DNA from: Nitrincola sp.
GTDB taxonomy: Bacteria; Pseudomonadota; Gammaproteobacteria; Pseudomonadales; Balneatricaceae
DNA: 64,000 nt
Reading direction: 5' to 3'
NCBI GenBank assembly: GCA_021208565.1
Contig: JAJOJN010000098.1
Coordinates: 313-64,312 of the forward strand
Shown: piece by piece, positions 1 to 11,225 of the stretch
Position numbering within the stretch: the first letter of the stretch is position 1
Layout of the letters: every line of letters starts with the position of its first letter
Translations under genes and position numbers: made by a program
Notes under the pieces: generated by a model
What the model was told of the DNA's origin: nothing
Seen by the model: only the letters and a program-made list of their open reading frames with translations
Databases searched by the model: none

Positions 1-1842
1 TACCGACACCGGTTGGCCCTAGGAATAGGAATAGGAAGCTACCGCTAGGGCGTGCTGGGTCAGAAAGACCAGCGCGAGAGCGACGAACGGCATTGGAGAC
101 AGCAACCACCGCTTCATCTTGACCGACCACGCGACCGTGCAAGGCTTCTTCCATGCGTAACAGTTTGTCACGCTCACCTTCCAGCATTTTGCTGACCGGA
201 ATACCCGTCCAACGCGCTACCACTTCGGCCACCTCTTCTTCGGTGACTTTATTGCGAAGCAGTTTTGATTCATGAGCGCCTTGCTCAACTGAGTCAGCCG
301 CTTGAAGTTGTTTTTCCAGCTCTGGAATGCGGCCATACTGGAGTTCTGCCATCTTGGTCAGATCACCGGCGCGGCGCGCTTGTTCCATCTCAACACGGGC
401 CTGGTCGAGTTGTTCTTTCACCTGTGCAGAACCCTGTAGAGTGGCTTTTTCCGCTTTCCAGATCTCTTCTAGGTCAGAGTACTCTTTTTCCAGCTTGGCA
501 ATCGTCTGTTCAAGCTCTTCTAAGCGCTTGCGAGTGGCATCATCCTTCTCTTTTTTCAGGGCTTCGCGTTCCATTTTTAACTGAATCAGACGACGCTCTA
601 AGCGATCCATCTCTTCAGGTTTGGAGTCCATCTCCATACGAATACGAGAAGCGGCTTCATCCACGAGGTCGATCGCTTTATCGGGTAATTGACGGTCGGT
701 GATATAACGCTGACTGAGCTTGGCCGCCGCAATGATGGCCGAGTCGGTAATATCGACACCATGGTGTACTTCGTAGCGCTCTTTTAAGCCACGCAGAATC
801 GCAATGGCGTCTTCTTCGCTGGGTTCATCAACGATGACTTTTTGGAAACGGCGCTCCAGTGCAGCATCTTTTTCGACATATTGGCGATATTCATCCAGCG
901 TAGTGGCACCGACACAGTGCAATTCGCCACGCGCCAACGCAGGCTTGAGCATGTTACCGGCATCCATTGCGCCTTCGCCTTTACCGGCACCGACCATGGT
1001 GTGTAGCTCGTCGATAAACAGAATGATTGGCCTTCCTGCTTTGACAATTCATTCAAGACGGCCTTTAAACGTTCTTCAAATTCGCCACGGAATTTAGCGC
1101 CAGCAATTAAGGAACCCATATCCAAGGCCAGCACGCGTTTGTGCTTCAAGCCTTCAGGCACCTCACCATTGATGATGCGCTGTGCCAGACCTTCAACGAT
1201 CGCTGTTTTACCCACACCAGGCTCACCGATCAGCACAGGGTTGTTTTTGGTTCGGCGCTGGAGCACTTGAATGGTGCGACGAATCTCTTCATCACGACCG
1301 ATAACAGGGTCAAGTTTGCCACTTTCGGCACGCTCGGTCAGGTCAACGCAATATTTATCTAAGGCTTGGCGAGATTCTTCGACATTGGGGTCAGTGACTG
1401 CCGCACCCCCACGCATATTGTTGATCGCATCTAAGAGCTTCTCGCGAGTCACGCCGGCCTCTTTTAACACGCGACCGGCATCGGTTTTGTCTTCCACCAT
1501 CGCCAACAGCATCAACTCACTGGCGATATATTGATCGCCTCGTTGCTGTGCCATTTTATCGGTGAGGTTGAAGAGTCGCGCCATGTTTTGCGATAGGCGA
1601 ATTTCACCGTCAGGATCATTGACTTGAGGAAGACGATCCAGCGCTTCTCCAATTTTGCGAGTCAATAACGGTAACTGAGCACCTGCCTGACCCAATAATG
1701 GACGAACTGAACCATCACGCTGCTCAATAAAAGCCGCGAGTAAGTGAATGGGTTCTATAAAATTATGATCTTTGCCGACTGCCAATGACTGCGCATCGGT
1801 CAGAGCGTCTTGTAATTTAGAGGTAAATTTATCGGGTCTCAT
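1..1842 (-). CDS. clpB: ClpB disaggregase (3' end beyond window; apparent frameshift near 1027)
   Basis: N-terminus [11 protein letters not shown], Walker [22 protein letters not shown]. After a frame change near 1027 the sequence reads [14 protein letters not shown] and continues to the NBD2 motif FLFLGPTGV at the window edge. Confidence 0.97.
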
Positions 1843-1903
1843 GCCCCTCTCCTTAATTCTGCATCTTGCGGCAGGTCATCGCCGCTATTACTGTTGCTGA
1901 ATT

Positions 1904-1932
1904 AAATGGGGCTTGAAACACCTCAATTCAAG
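1904..1932 (-). promoter_or_regulatory. Sigma32 (RpoH) heat-shock promoter of clpB
   Basis: Minus strand reads CTTGAA-N15-CCCCATTT, matching the RpoH consensus, ~60 nt upstream of clpB. Confidence 0.85.
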
Positions 1933-1957
1933 TGGTTATTTTTTAAACAATCAAAAA

Positions 1958-2692
1958 TTATTCTTCGATCCAGATCAGGCTGACCATACGGCCTGTTTGT
2001 CCATCACGACGATAAGAGTAGAAGTACTCACTATCCGTAAAGGTACAGAAATCTCCACCATAGATATCCGTGATACCGGCCGCATTCAGACGAATACGCG
2101 CTAACTGATAGATATCAGCAAGCCACTTTTCCGGGTTAGTAGGCGAGCGCACAAAGGCATCAGAAGCTTGCGGCTGATCCTCACAGAAGGCTAAAAACAC
2201 ATCGTCGCCAACTTCAAAAGCCAAAGGACCTATCGCAGGGCCAAGCCAGACTTGCACCTCTTTTGGATCATCGAAGACAGCGAGAGTATTTTCCAACACA
2301 CCGCCAGCGAGTCCTCGCCAACCAGCGTGAGCGGCGGCGACTCGAGTACCTGAACGGTTACTAAACAGAACCGGCAAGCAATCCGCAGTCATGATAGCGC
2401 AGGCAACCCCAGGCTCATCTGTCCAGCACGCATCAGCTGCAACAGGAAGGTCGTCAGGACCCGCTTTCACAACCGCACAACCATGCACTTGCTCTAGCCA
2501 CTGGGCTGGTTTTTTTAAGCCGAGGGCGTTATGCAGGATTTCCCTGTTCTGCTCGACATGCTCTGGATCATCGCCAACATGGTAGGCAAAGTTCAATCCA
2601 GAGAAAGGCGCTTGACTTACGCCATCTAAACGGGTCGTGGTTAGGGCATGTACGCTCGGCTTAACAGGCCAGCTGGCTCTGATCAGTTTCAT
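1958..2692 (-). CDS. pgeF: Peptidoglycan editing factor / purine nucleoside phosphorylase PgeF (YfiH)
   Basis: Motifs LEQVHG, TADCLPVL, AAHAGWRG, YSYRRDGQTGRM; conserved rluD-pgeF-clpB order. Confidence 0.95.
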   Translation of the reverse strand: MKLIRASWPVKPSVHALTTTRLDGVSQAPFSGLNFAYHVGDDPEHVEQNREILHNALGLKKPAQWLEQVHGCAVVKAGPDDLPVAADACWTDEPGVACAIMTADCLPVLFSNRSGTRVAAAHAGWRGLAGGVLENTLAVFDDPKEVQVWLGPAIGPLAFEVGDDVFLAFCEDQPQASDAFVRSPTNPEKWLADIYQLARIRLNAAGITDIYGGDFCTFTDSEYFYSYRRDGQTGRMVSLIWIEE

Positions 2693-2695
2693 GGG

Positions 2696-3665
2696 TTAAA
2701 GCTCATGTTCGTGTTGTTGGGCATCCTGCTTTAGCAATACACGCAAGGACTCGAAATCTTCTGGAAGATCAACCTCCCAGCTCATCTGCTGACCGGTTTG
2801 CGGGTGCCAGAGTTCCAATTTTTTTAGCATGCAGTGCCTGACGACGCAGATGTTTAAGGGCATCTTGCAACTCATCAGAGCAACCTTTCGGCAAACGGAA
2901 ACGACCTCCGTACAAAGGGTCACCGACCAAGGGGTAGTTAATGTGTGCCATGTGGACGCGTATTTGATGCGTACGTCCTGTTTCTAATTTCAAGCGAATA
3001 TGGGTGTGGGCACGAAACTTTTCTAAGACTCGATAGTGAGTGATCGCTTCTTTGCCAACCCCAACAACGGCCATCTTTTGACGATTTTTAGAATGACGAC
3101 CCATCGGCTCATCAACACAGCCACCTCCAGTCATCACACCTTGTACGATCGCCTCATACTCACGACCCATACTTCGATCCTGCAACTGCGCGACCAGATC
3201 CGTTTGTGCCTGAATGGTTTTCGCTACCACCATCAATCCTGTGGTTTCTTTATCCAGACGGTGCACGATACCAGCTCTCGGTACATGACCTATCGCTGGG
3301 CAGTGGTGTAGCAGGGCATTGAGCAGCGTACCATCAGCATGACCCGCCGCCGGATGTACCACCAAACCAGAGGGTTTATTCAGAATCAAAATATCATCAT
3401 CTTCGTAAACAATGTCTAAGGGGATGGACTGACCGACATGACGTTCAATGGCTTGAATCTCTGCAGAGACAGTAATCTGCTCGCCACCATTTAATTTGTC
3501 ACGTGGACGTCGAGTTTCACCGTTAACACGCAAATCTCCCTCTTTGATCCAACCTTGCAGTCGTGACCGCGAGTAATCGGGAAAAAGTTGCGATACCGCT
3601 TGATCCAGTCGTAAACCGAACATTTCGGCGGGTACGGTGGCTTGTAAATCAACCTGTTCTGACAT
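2696..3665 (-). CDS. rluD: 23S rRNA pseudouridine synthase RluD (apparent frameshift in T-run ~2819-2825)
   Basis: S4 domain, HRLDKETTG, LETGRTHQIRVH, RQALHA; C-terminus LELWHPQTG continues in ORF 2696..2923. Confidence 0.95.
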
Positions 3666-3801
3666 CTGATACCAATCTTTGCTCTGGAGTGTTTTAGCTT
3701 AGCATCGGGTTGTGTTTTAATAGGCCCGATAAATGTACTCTCAGTATAACTGAAACCGATCTGAAAGGTCCTATTCAGTCAACATCTCAGGATAAAGCGA
3801 T

Positions 3802-4779
3802 ATGCAACTTGTCAAAGTGATTGGCACCCTGATTCTCATTATGACCATGGCCGGCTGTTCATGGTTTGGTGGGGACAAATCTATTCCCGATATTCCCGAG
3901 CAGGTTCTCTACGACGACGCCATGAGCGCTCTCGATGCTGGAAACTGGTCGTTAGCGATTGAGCGTCTGCAACTATTAGAGGCTCGTTACCCCTTTGGAC
4001 GCTATTCTCAGCAGGCGCAGCTAGAGTTGATTTACGCTTACTACCGTAATCGTGAACCCGCGGCGGCACGAGCAGCAGCGGATCGCTTTATTCGTTTGCA
4101 CCCTAACCATGAGAACATTGATTACGCCTACTACTTAAAAGGACTGACCTCTTTTGAAGAAGATCGTAACTTCCTCGCGCGCTTTTTACCCTTGGATGAA
4201 ACACAACGCGACCCTGGCGCTGCACTCGATTCATTCGAAAGCTTCTCTATTTTGTTAAGCCGCTACCCTGACAGTGAGTTTGCACCCGATGCACAGCGTC
4301 GTATGCAGTATCTTAAAAACCGCTTAGCGACTTATGAAATTCATGTCGCCAGCTTCTACATGAAGCGTGAAGCTTGGGTGGCTGCTGCCAACCGTGGTCG
4401 CTATGTTGTGGAAAACTTCCAAGAAACACCAGCGGTACCCGACGCATTGGCAATTATGGCGGAGTCCTACACCAAGTTAGGCATGCATGATTTGGCAGAA
4501 AACGCATTGGAAGTTTTACGTGTTAACTTCCCTGATTATGTGATTCGTCCTTTCTCACCACAGCGATTCGACCTACTCTACACGGCGACTTTTGGTTTGT
4601 TAGGTGAGATAGAACCCGCAACGCCGGCTCGTCCAGTAAATCCTGACCGCATCCGCCAAGCCGAAGCTGAGAATGCACCAACCACCGGTCGACGTTCACT
4701 GCTTCACCGAATCAGCTTTGGTACACTTGGCAGTGACGGTACCGAGGAGAGTGGCGAGTTGATTGAACAAGGGCAATAA
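3802..4779 (+). CDS. bamD: Outer membrane protein assembly lipoprotein BamD
   Basis: Lipobox [31 protein letters not shown]; divergent from rluD as usual. Confidence 0.95.
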   Translation: MQLVKVIGTLILIMTMAGCSWFGGDKSIPDIPEQVLYDDAMSALDAGNWSLAIERLQLLEARYPFGRYSQQAQLELIYAYYRNREPAAARAAADRFIRLHPNHENIDYAYYLKGLTSFEEDRNFLARFLPLDETQRDPGAALDSFESFSILLSRYPDSEFAPDAQRRMQYLKNRLATYEIHVASFYMKREAWVAAANRGRYVVENFQETPAVPDALAIMAESYTKLGMHDLAENALEVLRVNFPDYVIRPFSPQRFDLLYTATFGLLGEIEPATPARPVNPDRIRQAEAENAPTTGRRSLLHRISFGTLGSDGTEESGELIEQGQ

Positions 4780-4811
4780 GGCGTCGCTTCGTCATTAGAC
4801 CCAACACGATC

Positions 4812-4838
4812 AAAAAGCTACCTTCGGGTAGCTTTTTT
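4812..4838 (+). terminator. Rho-independent terminator after bamD
   Basis: AAAAAGCTACC-TTCG-GGTAGCTTTTTT. Confidence 0.9.
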
Positions 4839-4894
4839 GGTTATTTCATCATGGACATGACGCCTACTGGGAACTTTAACATCCAAAACACATC

Positions 4895-4909
4895 TGTTAT
4901 GTTATAACA
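4895..4909 (+). promoter_or_regulatory. Zur box
   Basis: TGTTATGTTATAACA matches the Zur core palindrome TGTTATAnTATAACA, ~40 nt upstream of a His-rich zinc-uptake gene. Confidence 0.85.
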
Positions 4910-4949
4910 AAATTAACATCTCTTGTTTTACATTAGGAGCAAACACAAC

Positions 4950-5642
4950 ATGGTTAAACTAACCCTTCCCCTCTTATTGGCTGCCAGCAGTGTTGCCTTT
5001 GCCCACTCTTCTCATAATCACGGACACTCTCATGACCACAATCACGATCATAACCATGATCACAGTCATGAACATCACTCTTTAGATGCACACGTTCACG
5101 GCATGGCGCATTTAGATGTTGTGCTGGAAGACAATATGCTATTGGCCAGTATCAAAGCGCCTGCCGCTGACTTGGTCGGCTTTGAACATGTTGCCACCTC
5201 AGATGAAGATAAAAACAAAGTCTATGATATGCTCGGCAAAATGGAGCTAGCTGACATTTTATGGACGCTTCCCGAAGCGGCTCAGTGCGAACGTCAGGAT
5301 GTCCATGTAGAGCATGAACTGTTAAAGGCTGATCATCACAGCGGGCACGATCACAAGCATGACCACGATCATAGTCATGATCACAAGCACGATCACAGTC
5401 ATAGCCATGATCACAAACACGATCATAGCCACGACCACGACCATAAACACGATCATGCGCACAGTGATGTATTAGTGGATTACCACTATGAATGTGCCCA
5501 TCCGGAACAATTGGGCAGTGTACCTGTCAACCTGTTCAACAACTTTCCTTCATTGCATGAAATTCAAGGACAGTTAATTCTACCAAGTGGCCAGAAAGGC
5601 CAAACCCTAACACCAGCACAAAACATGATTCAATTTAACTGA
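4950..5642 (+). CDS. zrgA: His-rich exported zinc-binding protein, ZrgA/DUF2796 family
   Basis: RBS AGGAG 4935-4939 and ATG 4950; signal peptide; AHVHG and DLVGFEH motifs; two long His tracts; Zur box upstream. Confidence 0.85.
   Translation: MVKLTLPLLLAASSVAFAHSSHNHGHSHDHNHDHNHDHSHEHHSLDAHVHGMAHLDVVLEDNMLLASIKAPAADLVGFEHVATSDEDKNKVYDMLGKMELADILWTLPEAAQCERQDVHVEHELLKADHHSGHDHKHDHDHSHDHKHDHSHSHDHKHDHSHDHDHKHDHAHSDVLVDYHYECAHPEQLGSVPVNLFNNFPSLHEIQGQLILPSGQKGQTLTPAQNMIQFN
5332..5462 (+). repeat. Low-complexity (H-X)n coding repeat (HDHKHDHS-type units)
   Basis: Tandem cacgatcacaag/catgatcacaag-type units; a second tract lies at ~5003-5077. Confidence 0.9.
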
Positions 5643-6372
5643 TGACCAAAACCGCTGCCATTGAACTCAAGCAACTCAAATTTGCTTGGAACAAGAAAGA
5701 CTGGAAAGCTCAACAGCTTGTACTGAATATCCCGCAACTGGATATTTCCAGGGGTGAGCAAGTGTTTCTTCGAGGCGCCTCTGGTAGCGGTAAAAGCACC
5801 TTACTTAACCTGCTCGGTGGCTTAATGTCACCGCAGCAGGGCCAAATAACACTGCTAGAGCAAGCCTTGGAAAAACGCTCTCAACGTTTCCGTGACCGCT
5901 TTCGAGCCGATCATATTGGCGTTTTATTTCAACAATTTAATTTATTACCTTACCTAAACCTCGTCGATAACGTGACCTTACCCTGTCGCTTCTCGAATCG
6001 TCGTCGTGAAAAAGCGGGCAACCCAGAAACGACCGCAAAACAGCTGTTGGAAGCCTTAGGTTTAGCCCAGTACATTGACCGCCCCGTCAAAACAGCCGAG
6101 CTGTCTATCGGTCAACAGCAACGCGTGGCAGCCGCCAGAGCGCTGATTGGTCAGCCTGAGATTCTATTAGCAGATGAACCTACCTCTGCTCTGGATGCCG
6201 ACAGCCGAGATCAGTTTTTATCCCTACTGTCTGAGCAGTGCGCTAAGCATCAAACGACACTGCTCTTTGTGAGCCACGACCTCAGCCTCAGCCAGCATTT
6301 TGATCGCGTGATCGACCTATCTGAGATCAACACGTGTCTGAGATTAATCACGTGGAGGCGACACCATGCTAA
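5642..6372 (+). CDS. zrgB: ABC transporter ATP-binding protein (ZrgB-like); likely frameshift ~6330, true stop probably TAA 6370-6372
   Basis: Walker A GASGSGKS, LSIGQQQRVA, LLADEPT. One extra base near 6330 gives ...SEINHV-SEINHV-EATPC*, overlapping the next ATG. Confidence 0.85.
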
Positions 6373-7627
6373 CACTGGCTTTCAAAAGTTTGTGGAACCG
6401 GTCGGGGCACCGCTACACTGACGCTGTTAACCATTGCGATCAGTGTGCTGTTACTGACGGGTGTCGATAAACTACGCAATGATGCCAGAGAAGGCTTTTT
6501 CAATACCGTTTCAGGCACAGACCTGATCGTTGGAGCACGCAGCGGTTCGTTGCCTTTGTTGCTCTATTCCGTGTTCAATATCGGGCAACCCACTAATAAC
6601 ATTCGCTGGAGTAGTTATCAGCAAATTGCCAATCATGACCAAGTGGCTTGGAGCATTCCAATTACATTGGGTGACTCGCATCGCGGCTTCAGAGTTGTAG
6701 GCACCACCGATGCCTATTTCGAGCATTATCGTTTTTGGTAAAAAACCAACCCTTAAGCTTTTCTCAAGGGCAGCAATTTGACGATCTATTTGATGTCGTC
6801 ATCGGCGCTGAAGTAGCACGTGCATTGAATTACACGATCGGCGACAAGGTTGTCATTGCTCATGGACTGGGCCGAGGCAGCTTTGCCAATCATGATGACA
6901 AGCCTTTTTCAGGTTTCGGGTATTTTACGACCCACTGGCACCGCCATTGATCGCAATCTTTTCATCAGTTTAGCCGCATGGGAAGCGATCCACATTGATT
7001 GGCGCGCGGGTACTCGAATACCGGGCATGAATGTGAGCGCCGATGAAGCGCGCGAAATGGACTTAACGCCCACACAAATCACCGCGTTTTTATTAGGCTT
7101 AGAGTCACGTATCAGCACCTTTCATCTTCAACGCGCCATCAACAATTTCCGCGCTGAGCCCTTACAAGCGATTCTGCCAGGTGTTGCGCTGCAAGAGCTA
7201 TGGCAAGTGATGTCGATAGCTGAACGAACCTTGATGATCATTTCGGGTTTTGTTGTGTTTGCTGGCTTTACGGGGATGCTCGGCATGCTTCTGACCAGTT
7301 TAAATGAACGACGCCGAGAATTAGCGGTCTTACGTGCGGTAGGAGCCAGTCCTTTCCGTATTGTGGTTTTATTGGTATTTGAAGCGGTTTTACTGACCTT
7401 TTTAGGCATTTTGCTGGGTTTATTGCTGCTCGCCTTGATCACGCTCGGTGTTCAGGACTGGTTAGCGCTCGAGTATGGGATTTTTTTTAAGCCCACCTGG
7501 CTGGCCCAATGCAACTCAGTGGACGTTAATTGGTGCGGTACAACTTGCCGGACTTTTCACTGGACTCATTCCCGCATGGCGTGCATATCGCTATACTCTG
7601 GCAGATGGTTTAACACCCAGACTCTAA
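6366..7627 (+). CDS. zrgC: FtsX/MacB-like ABC permease (ZrgC-like), split by several apparent frameshifts
   Basis: ATG 6366 MLTLAFKSLWNR; fragments 6445-6741, 6735-6950 and 6850-7644 carry SGTDLIVGARSG, TLGDSHRGFRVVGT, ERRRELAVLRAVGA; ends AWRAYRYTLADGLTPRL* at 7627. Confidence 0.85.
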
Positions 7628-7676
7628 TTCATCCAGACGTTTAAGCGCACTGGATATCTATGCTGACCGGAGGCGT

Positions 7677-8237
7677 ATGCCTAAACTGATATTAACGGCC
7701 TTTTTCGCTCTTTTCCTCTATTTACCTGTGCACGCGAATGACGCCGTGGTATTTACGTGGGATGAGTTAATGCCAGAGGATTATGTCTTAACACTTGCTG
7801 ATCTGATCGGTGATTTTGGAATAGATCCCTTTACCTTCGATATGATCGATGATTACAGTCCTGAAGCCGAACAGATGATGGATCATATGCTTCAAGTACT
7901 CGCCTCGGCACCCGTGCGAGAAGAGCTAGACGGTAAAATGATCTCTATTCCTGGCTTTGTAGTGCCCTTGGAAGCAGAGCAAACTCGGGTATTTCGTTTC
8001 TTTTTAGTCCCTTACTTCGGCGCCTGTATTCACGTACCGCCGCCACCTTCAAACCAGATTATCGATGTTCATTTTGAACCGGGTACAGAAGTGGAAAATT
8101 TGTGGGATGCTGTCTGGGTGACTGGTCGGCTGAATACTGTTGATTTCAGACATGAAATGGGGGCCTCTGGTTATCGCTTAGAAGCCTTCCAAATTACCCC
8201 CTACGACTGGGATAGCGCTGAAGAGGGCGAGTGGTAG
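7677..8237 (+). CDS. DUF3299 family protein (ZrgD-like)
   Basis: WDELMP, IPGFVVPL, FFLVPYFGACIHVPPPPSNQII signature. Confidence 0.9.
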   Translation: MPKLILTAFFALFLYLPVHANDAVVFTWDELMPEDYVLTLADLIGDFGIDPFTFDMIDDYSPEAEQMMDHMLQVLASAPVREELDGKMISIPGFVVPLEAEQTRVFRFFLVPYFGACIHVPPPPSNQIIDVHFEPGTEVENLWDAVWVTGRLNTVDFRHEMGASGYRLEAFQITPYDWDSAEEGEW

Positions 8238-8330
8238 ATCCAAAGCCTACACAGGCTTAAGCGCTCCATCAGAGCCCTCTACGCCCCAATACTCTTCAGA
8301 GAGCAGCCTATAAATGAAAAGCAGGAAGCG

Positions 8331-9957
8331 TTACTCCCCTGCTCTCCATCCTGAGGTGATAGGATAACGTCGATCACGCCCAAAGCCTCGTTGTGTAATC
8401 CTCGGTCCGATAGGTGCTTGCCTACGCTTGTATTCATTGATATCCACAAGGCGAATCACTCGATTGACAACGGCTTCATCAAAGCCTTCTTCAATAATCG
8501 CATGAGCGCTGTAATCCTGTTCCACATACAGCTCTAAGATGCGATCTAAATCAGCATAGTCTGGCAGTGAGTCCTGATCCTTCTGATCCGGCGCTAACTC
8601 GGCTGAAGGAGGGCGATCGATCACCCGTTGAGGAATAGCAGGTGAGCGCTGGTTGCGATGCTCGGATAAGCGATAGACCAGTGTTTTAGGCACATCTTTC
8701 AGCACATCAAAGCCACCCGCCATATCGCCGTAGAGCGTTGAATACCCCACCGCCACTTCACTCTTATTACCTGTGGTCAGTACTAAAGCACCTGTTTTAT
8801 TCGAGATCGCCATCAGCAATACACCTCGACAGCGCGCTTGCAGATTCTCCTCGGTAGTATCAGGCTGACGACCCACAAACTCAGGCTCCAGTTGCTGCAT
8901 AAAACTCTCGTAGATAGGCTCTATCGAAATCGCACTGTACTCGATACCCAGCAGCTTGGCTTGAGCTTCAGCATCTTCAACACTCATGCTCGCGGTGTAG
9001 CGAAACGGCATCATCACCACTTTGACCCGCTCTGGTCCCAAGGCATCCACCGCAATCGCGGCGGTTAATGCCGAATCAATGCCACCTGATAAGCCCAGTA
9101 CGACACTGGGAAAGCCATTTTTTTGCACATAATCTCTAACACCCAAGACTAAGGCTTCATAGACCGCATCCTCATGACTGAGTGGAGCTACCGAGGGTTG
9201 TAAAGGCGTCACGTCACCAGAGCTGATATTCAAATCGACACAGTCCAAAGACTCAACAAAATGCGCCGAAGCAAACACTTGCTCACCCTGAGCATTAACG
9301 ACCATCGATCCGCCGTCAAACACCAGCTCATCCTGACCGCCGACCTGATTAACATAGAAAATGACGGCACCACTTTCCTGCGCACGCTGCACCAACACTT
9401 GCTGTCTTACGTGGGTTTTACCGGCATGGAAAGGCGACGCATTTAAGTTCAAAATTAACGCTGCTTGCTGAGCTTTCAACTGAGCGACCGGCTCACTGTG
9501 CCAGATATCTTCGCAGATGCTCAAGCCGATTCGACAGCCTTTAAAGTTAAACGTACCCGATTCTGTTCCCGCAACAAAATAGCGTTTTTCATCAAATACT
9601 TGATAATTGGGTAAACACTGCTTGGCGTACTCGAAGATCAACTCACCATCCAGAATAACACCTGCCATATTATAGAGTTTGCCATCCTGATAGCGAGGAT
9701 AGCCAACGACCAGTGCAATTCCTTGAACACCCTCTTTCAATTGCTGCAATGCCTTCTCAACACGGCGCTCAAGGCTTGGTCGCAGCAACAAATCCTCAGG
9801 CGGATATCCCGTCAGTGCCAACTCCGACACAAAAGCATATCCGCTTGATGTTGATCACGCGCGTTTTTGCCGCCTGTAAAATTCGTTCAACATTACCGGG
9901 AATATCGCCGACAACAAAATTCAACTGGGCCATCGCGACCCGAAGGGTATCAGTCAT
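8331..9957 (-). CDS. nadE: Glutamine-dependent NAD+ synthetase (apparent frameshift ~9830)
   Basis: Start MTDTLRVAMAQLNFVVGDI at 9957; nitrilase domain (ELALTGYPPEDLL, CEDIW); synthetase motifs GLSGGIDS, ENLQARCRG, TTGNKSE. Confidence 0.95.
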
Positions 9958-10112
9958 TAAGGAAATCTGCTCTTTTCATCAAGGCTAAAAAGGTCACTCG
10001 TCATGAGTGTTAATGACGCCTATTTTGCAGTTTTTCAACCGTAAGTGCCAGAAGTAGCAATCGTTATGATAGAGGAACTAAGTAAGTACGGGGCTAGGTT
10101 AGCGCCACAGGC

Positions 10113-10193
10113 TTAAGTTTGATTGACACGCCATGAACCATCCATGGGGTGGACTGCCGCATCCACTGGCGCCAGACGGTCAATCAAACTTAA
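10113..10193 (-). ncRNA. TwoAYGGAY-like structured RNA/repeat
   Basis: Perfect 15-bp outer inverted repeat TTAAGTTTGATTGAC/GTCAATCAAACTTAA enclosing ACGCCATGAACCATCCATGGGG...GCCGCATCCA...AGACG. The minus strand gives AUGGAU and degenerate GUGGAU loops, as I recall for the TwoAYGGAY motif. Confidence 0.7.
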
Positions 10194-10243
10194 TCCTATA
10201 GCTCTTCGACAGTTCTGTGCTCTGATCAACGAGTTTTTTTCTA

Positions 10244-10763
10244 TTAATTACTCTCCTCTCTGACTCTTCCAGATAAAGATAAGATCAATCGATGTTCTTT
10301 ATCTGGGTTGCCGCCTTGATACGAAAAGTGCCGTTAGAAAAGCCGGATAACAACTTCCATCAGGTTGATAAGTTAAGCTGTCGCCACGATTCCAATGAAC
10401 GGTCACTGGTGATTTAAAGGTGGAAACGCGAATCAGATCTTCTGTTTTGGTGGGTAAGCGACTTCTGTCATGATCGACGAACATGATCAAGCCTGACCAC
10501 TCTGTAGCACCTGTTAATGAATCACCCACACAGGTTTGTTGATCATCACTTCTGCAAACGGTTACCCATTCTTGACGAGTGACGGATTCTATTCGTGCTA
10601 ACGCTAAATGGTTTCTGAGCTGTTCGGCGGCCGTTTCTTGGCGAGTCTGTTCGACTAGGGCTGAGAAGGACGGTATGGCGACTGTGGTTAAGATGATTAG
10701 AATCACAATTGCTGTCATCAATTCTAGCAGACTAAGTCCCGTTTGATATGTTTTTAGACCCAT
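10244..10763 (-). CDS. fimT: FimT/GspH-family minor pilin (C-terminus frameshifted)
   Basis: Prepilin motif GLSLLELMTAIVIL, ARIESVTR..VTVC; alternative frames give SGFSNGTF and LILSLSGRVREESN* ending at 10244. Confidence 0.75.
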
Positions 10764-11203
10764 CAATACAACTCCATCCAATGGTCTAGATGGATCTTTC
10801 CGGTATCGGGGGATCGGAAAAAACGTACACGTAGATGGGTTTCGCTCAGTGCGCCAGCTTGATTGATGATGGCGCCTTCAACATTTAACGTCACCTGATT
10901 GGCTTGCCAAATCAACGCACTTTCAGGAATGTGAAAGTAGCTTTGTTTGGCGAAATCGACCCATTCTCCTGTGGGCCAATGCGCGCTTTCCCAGTATTCA
11001 GCATCTGAACTAACCCATTCATAAAAAGCGACCACACCGGCATCTGCGGCTTGATCAGCCATCATTTTTAATTGAAACTGATGACTCATTCGCTGTTGAA
11101 GTTGGGAATTCACCGAAGCGCTAAAGGTTAGCAGCGCGACTACAGATAAAAAGATCAGTGTAATCACGAGTGTACCACCCGCTTCTTTGTGGTGATAAGA
11201 CAT
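10763..11203 (-). CDS. PilX-like minor pilin
   Basis: N-terminal GGTLVITLIFLSVVALL lacking Glu5, typical of PilX; AADAG motif; position after pilW. Confidence 0.7.
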   Translation of the reverse strand: MSYHHKEAGGTLVITLIFLSVVALLTFSASVNSQLQQRMSHQFQLKMMADQAADAGVVAFYEWVSSDAEYWESAHWPTGEWVDFAKQSYFHIPESALIWQANQVTLNVEGAIINQAGALSETHLRVRFFRSPDTGKIHLDHWMELY

Positions 11204-11225
11204 CGATACCTCCTTGTATCTTGCT

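Noticed and set aside
1912-1932. CTTGAA-N9-TTCAAG inverted repeat as a CIRCE element
   Set aside because: Does not match TTAGCACTC-N9-GAGTGCTAA; one arm is simply the sigma32 -35 box.
5003-5462. Tandem short repeats as a non-coding array
   Set aside because: They are in frame and encode the His tracts of ZrgA.
6320-6354. Imperfect 17/18-bp tandem duplication at the zrgB 3' end as a regulatory repeat
   Set aside because: Best read as a small coding duplication (SEINHV twice) with one base missing.
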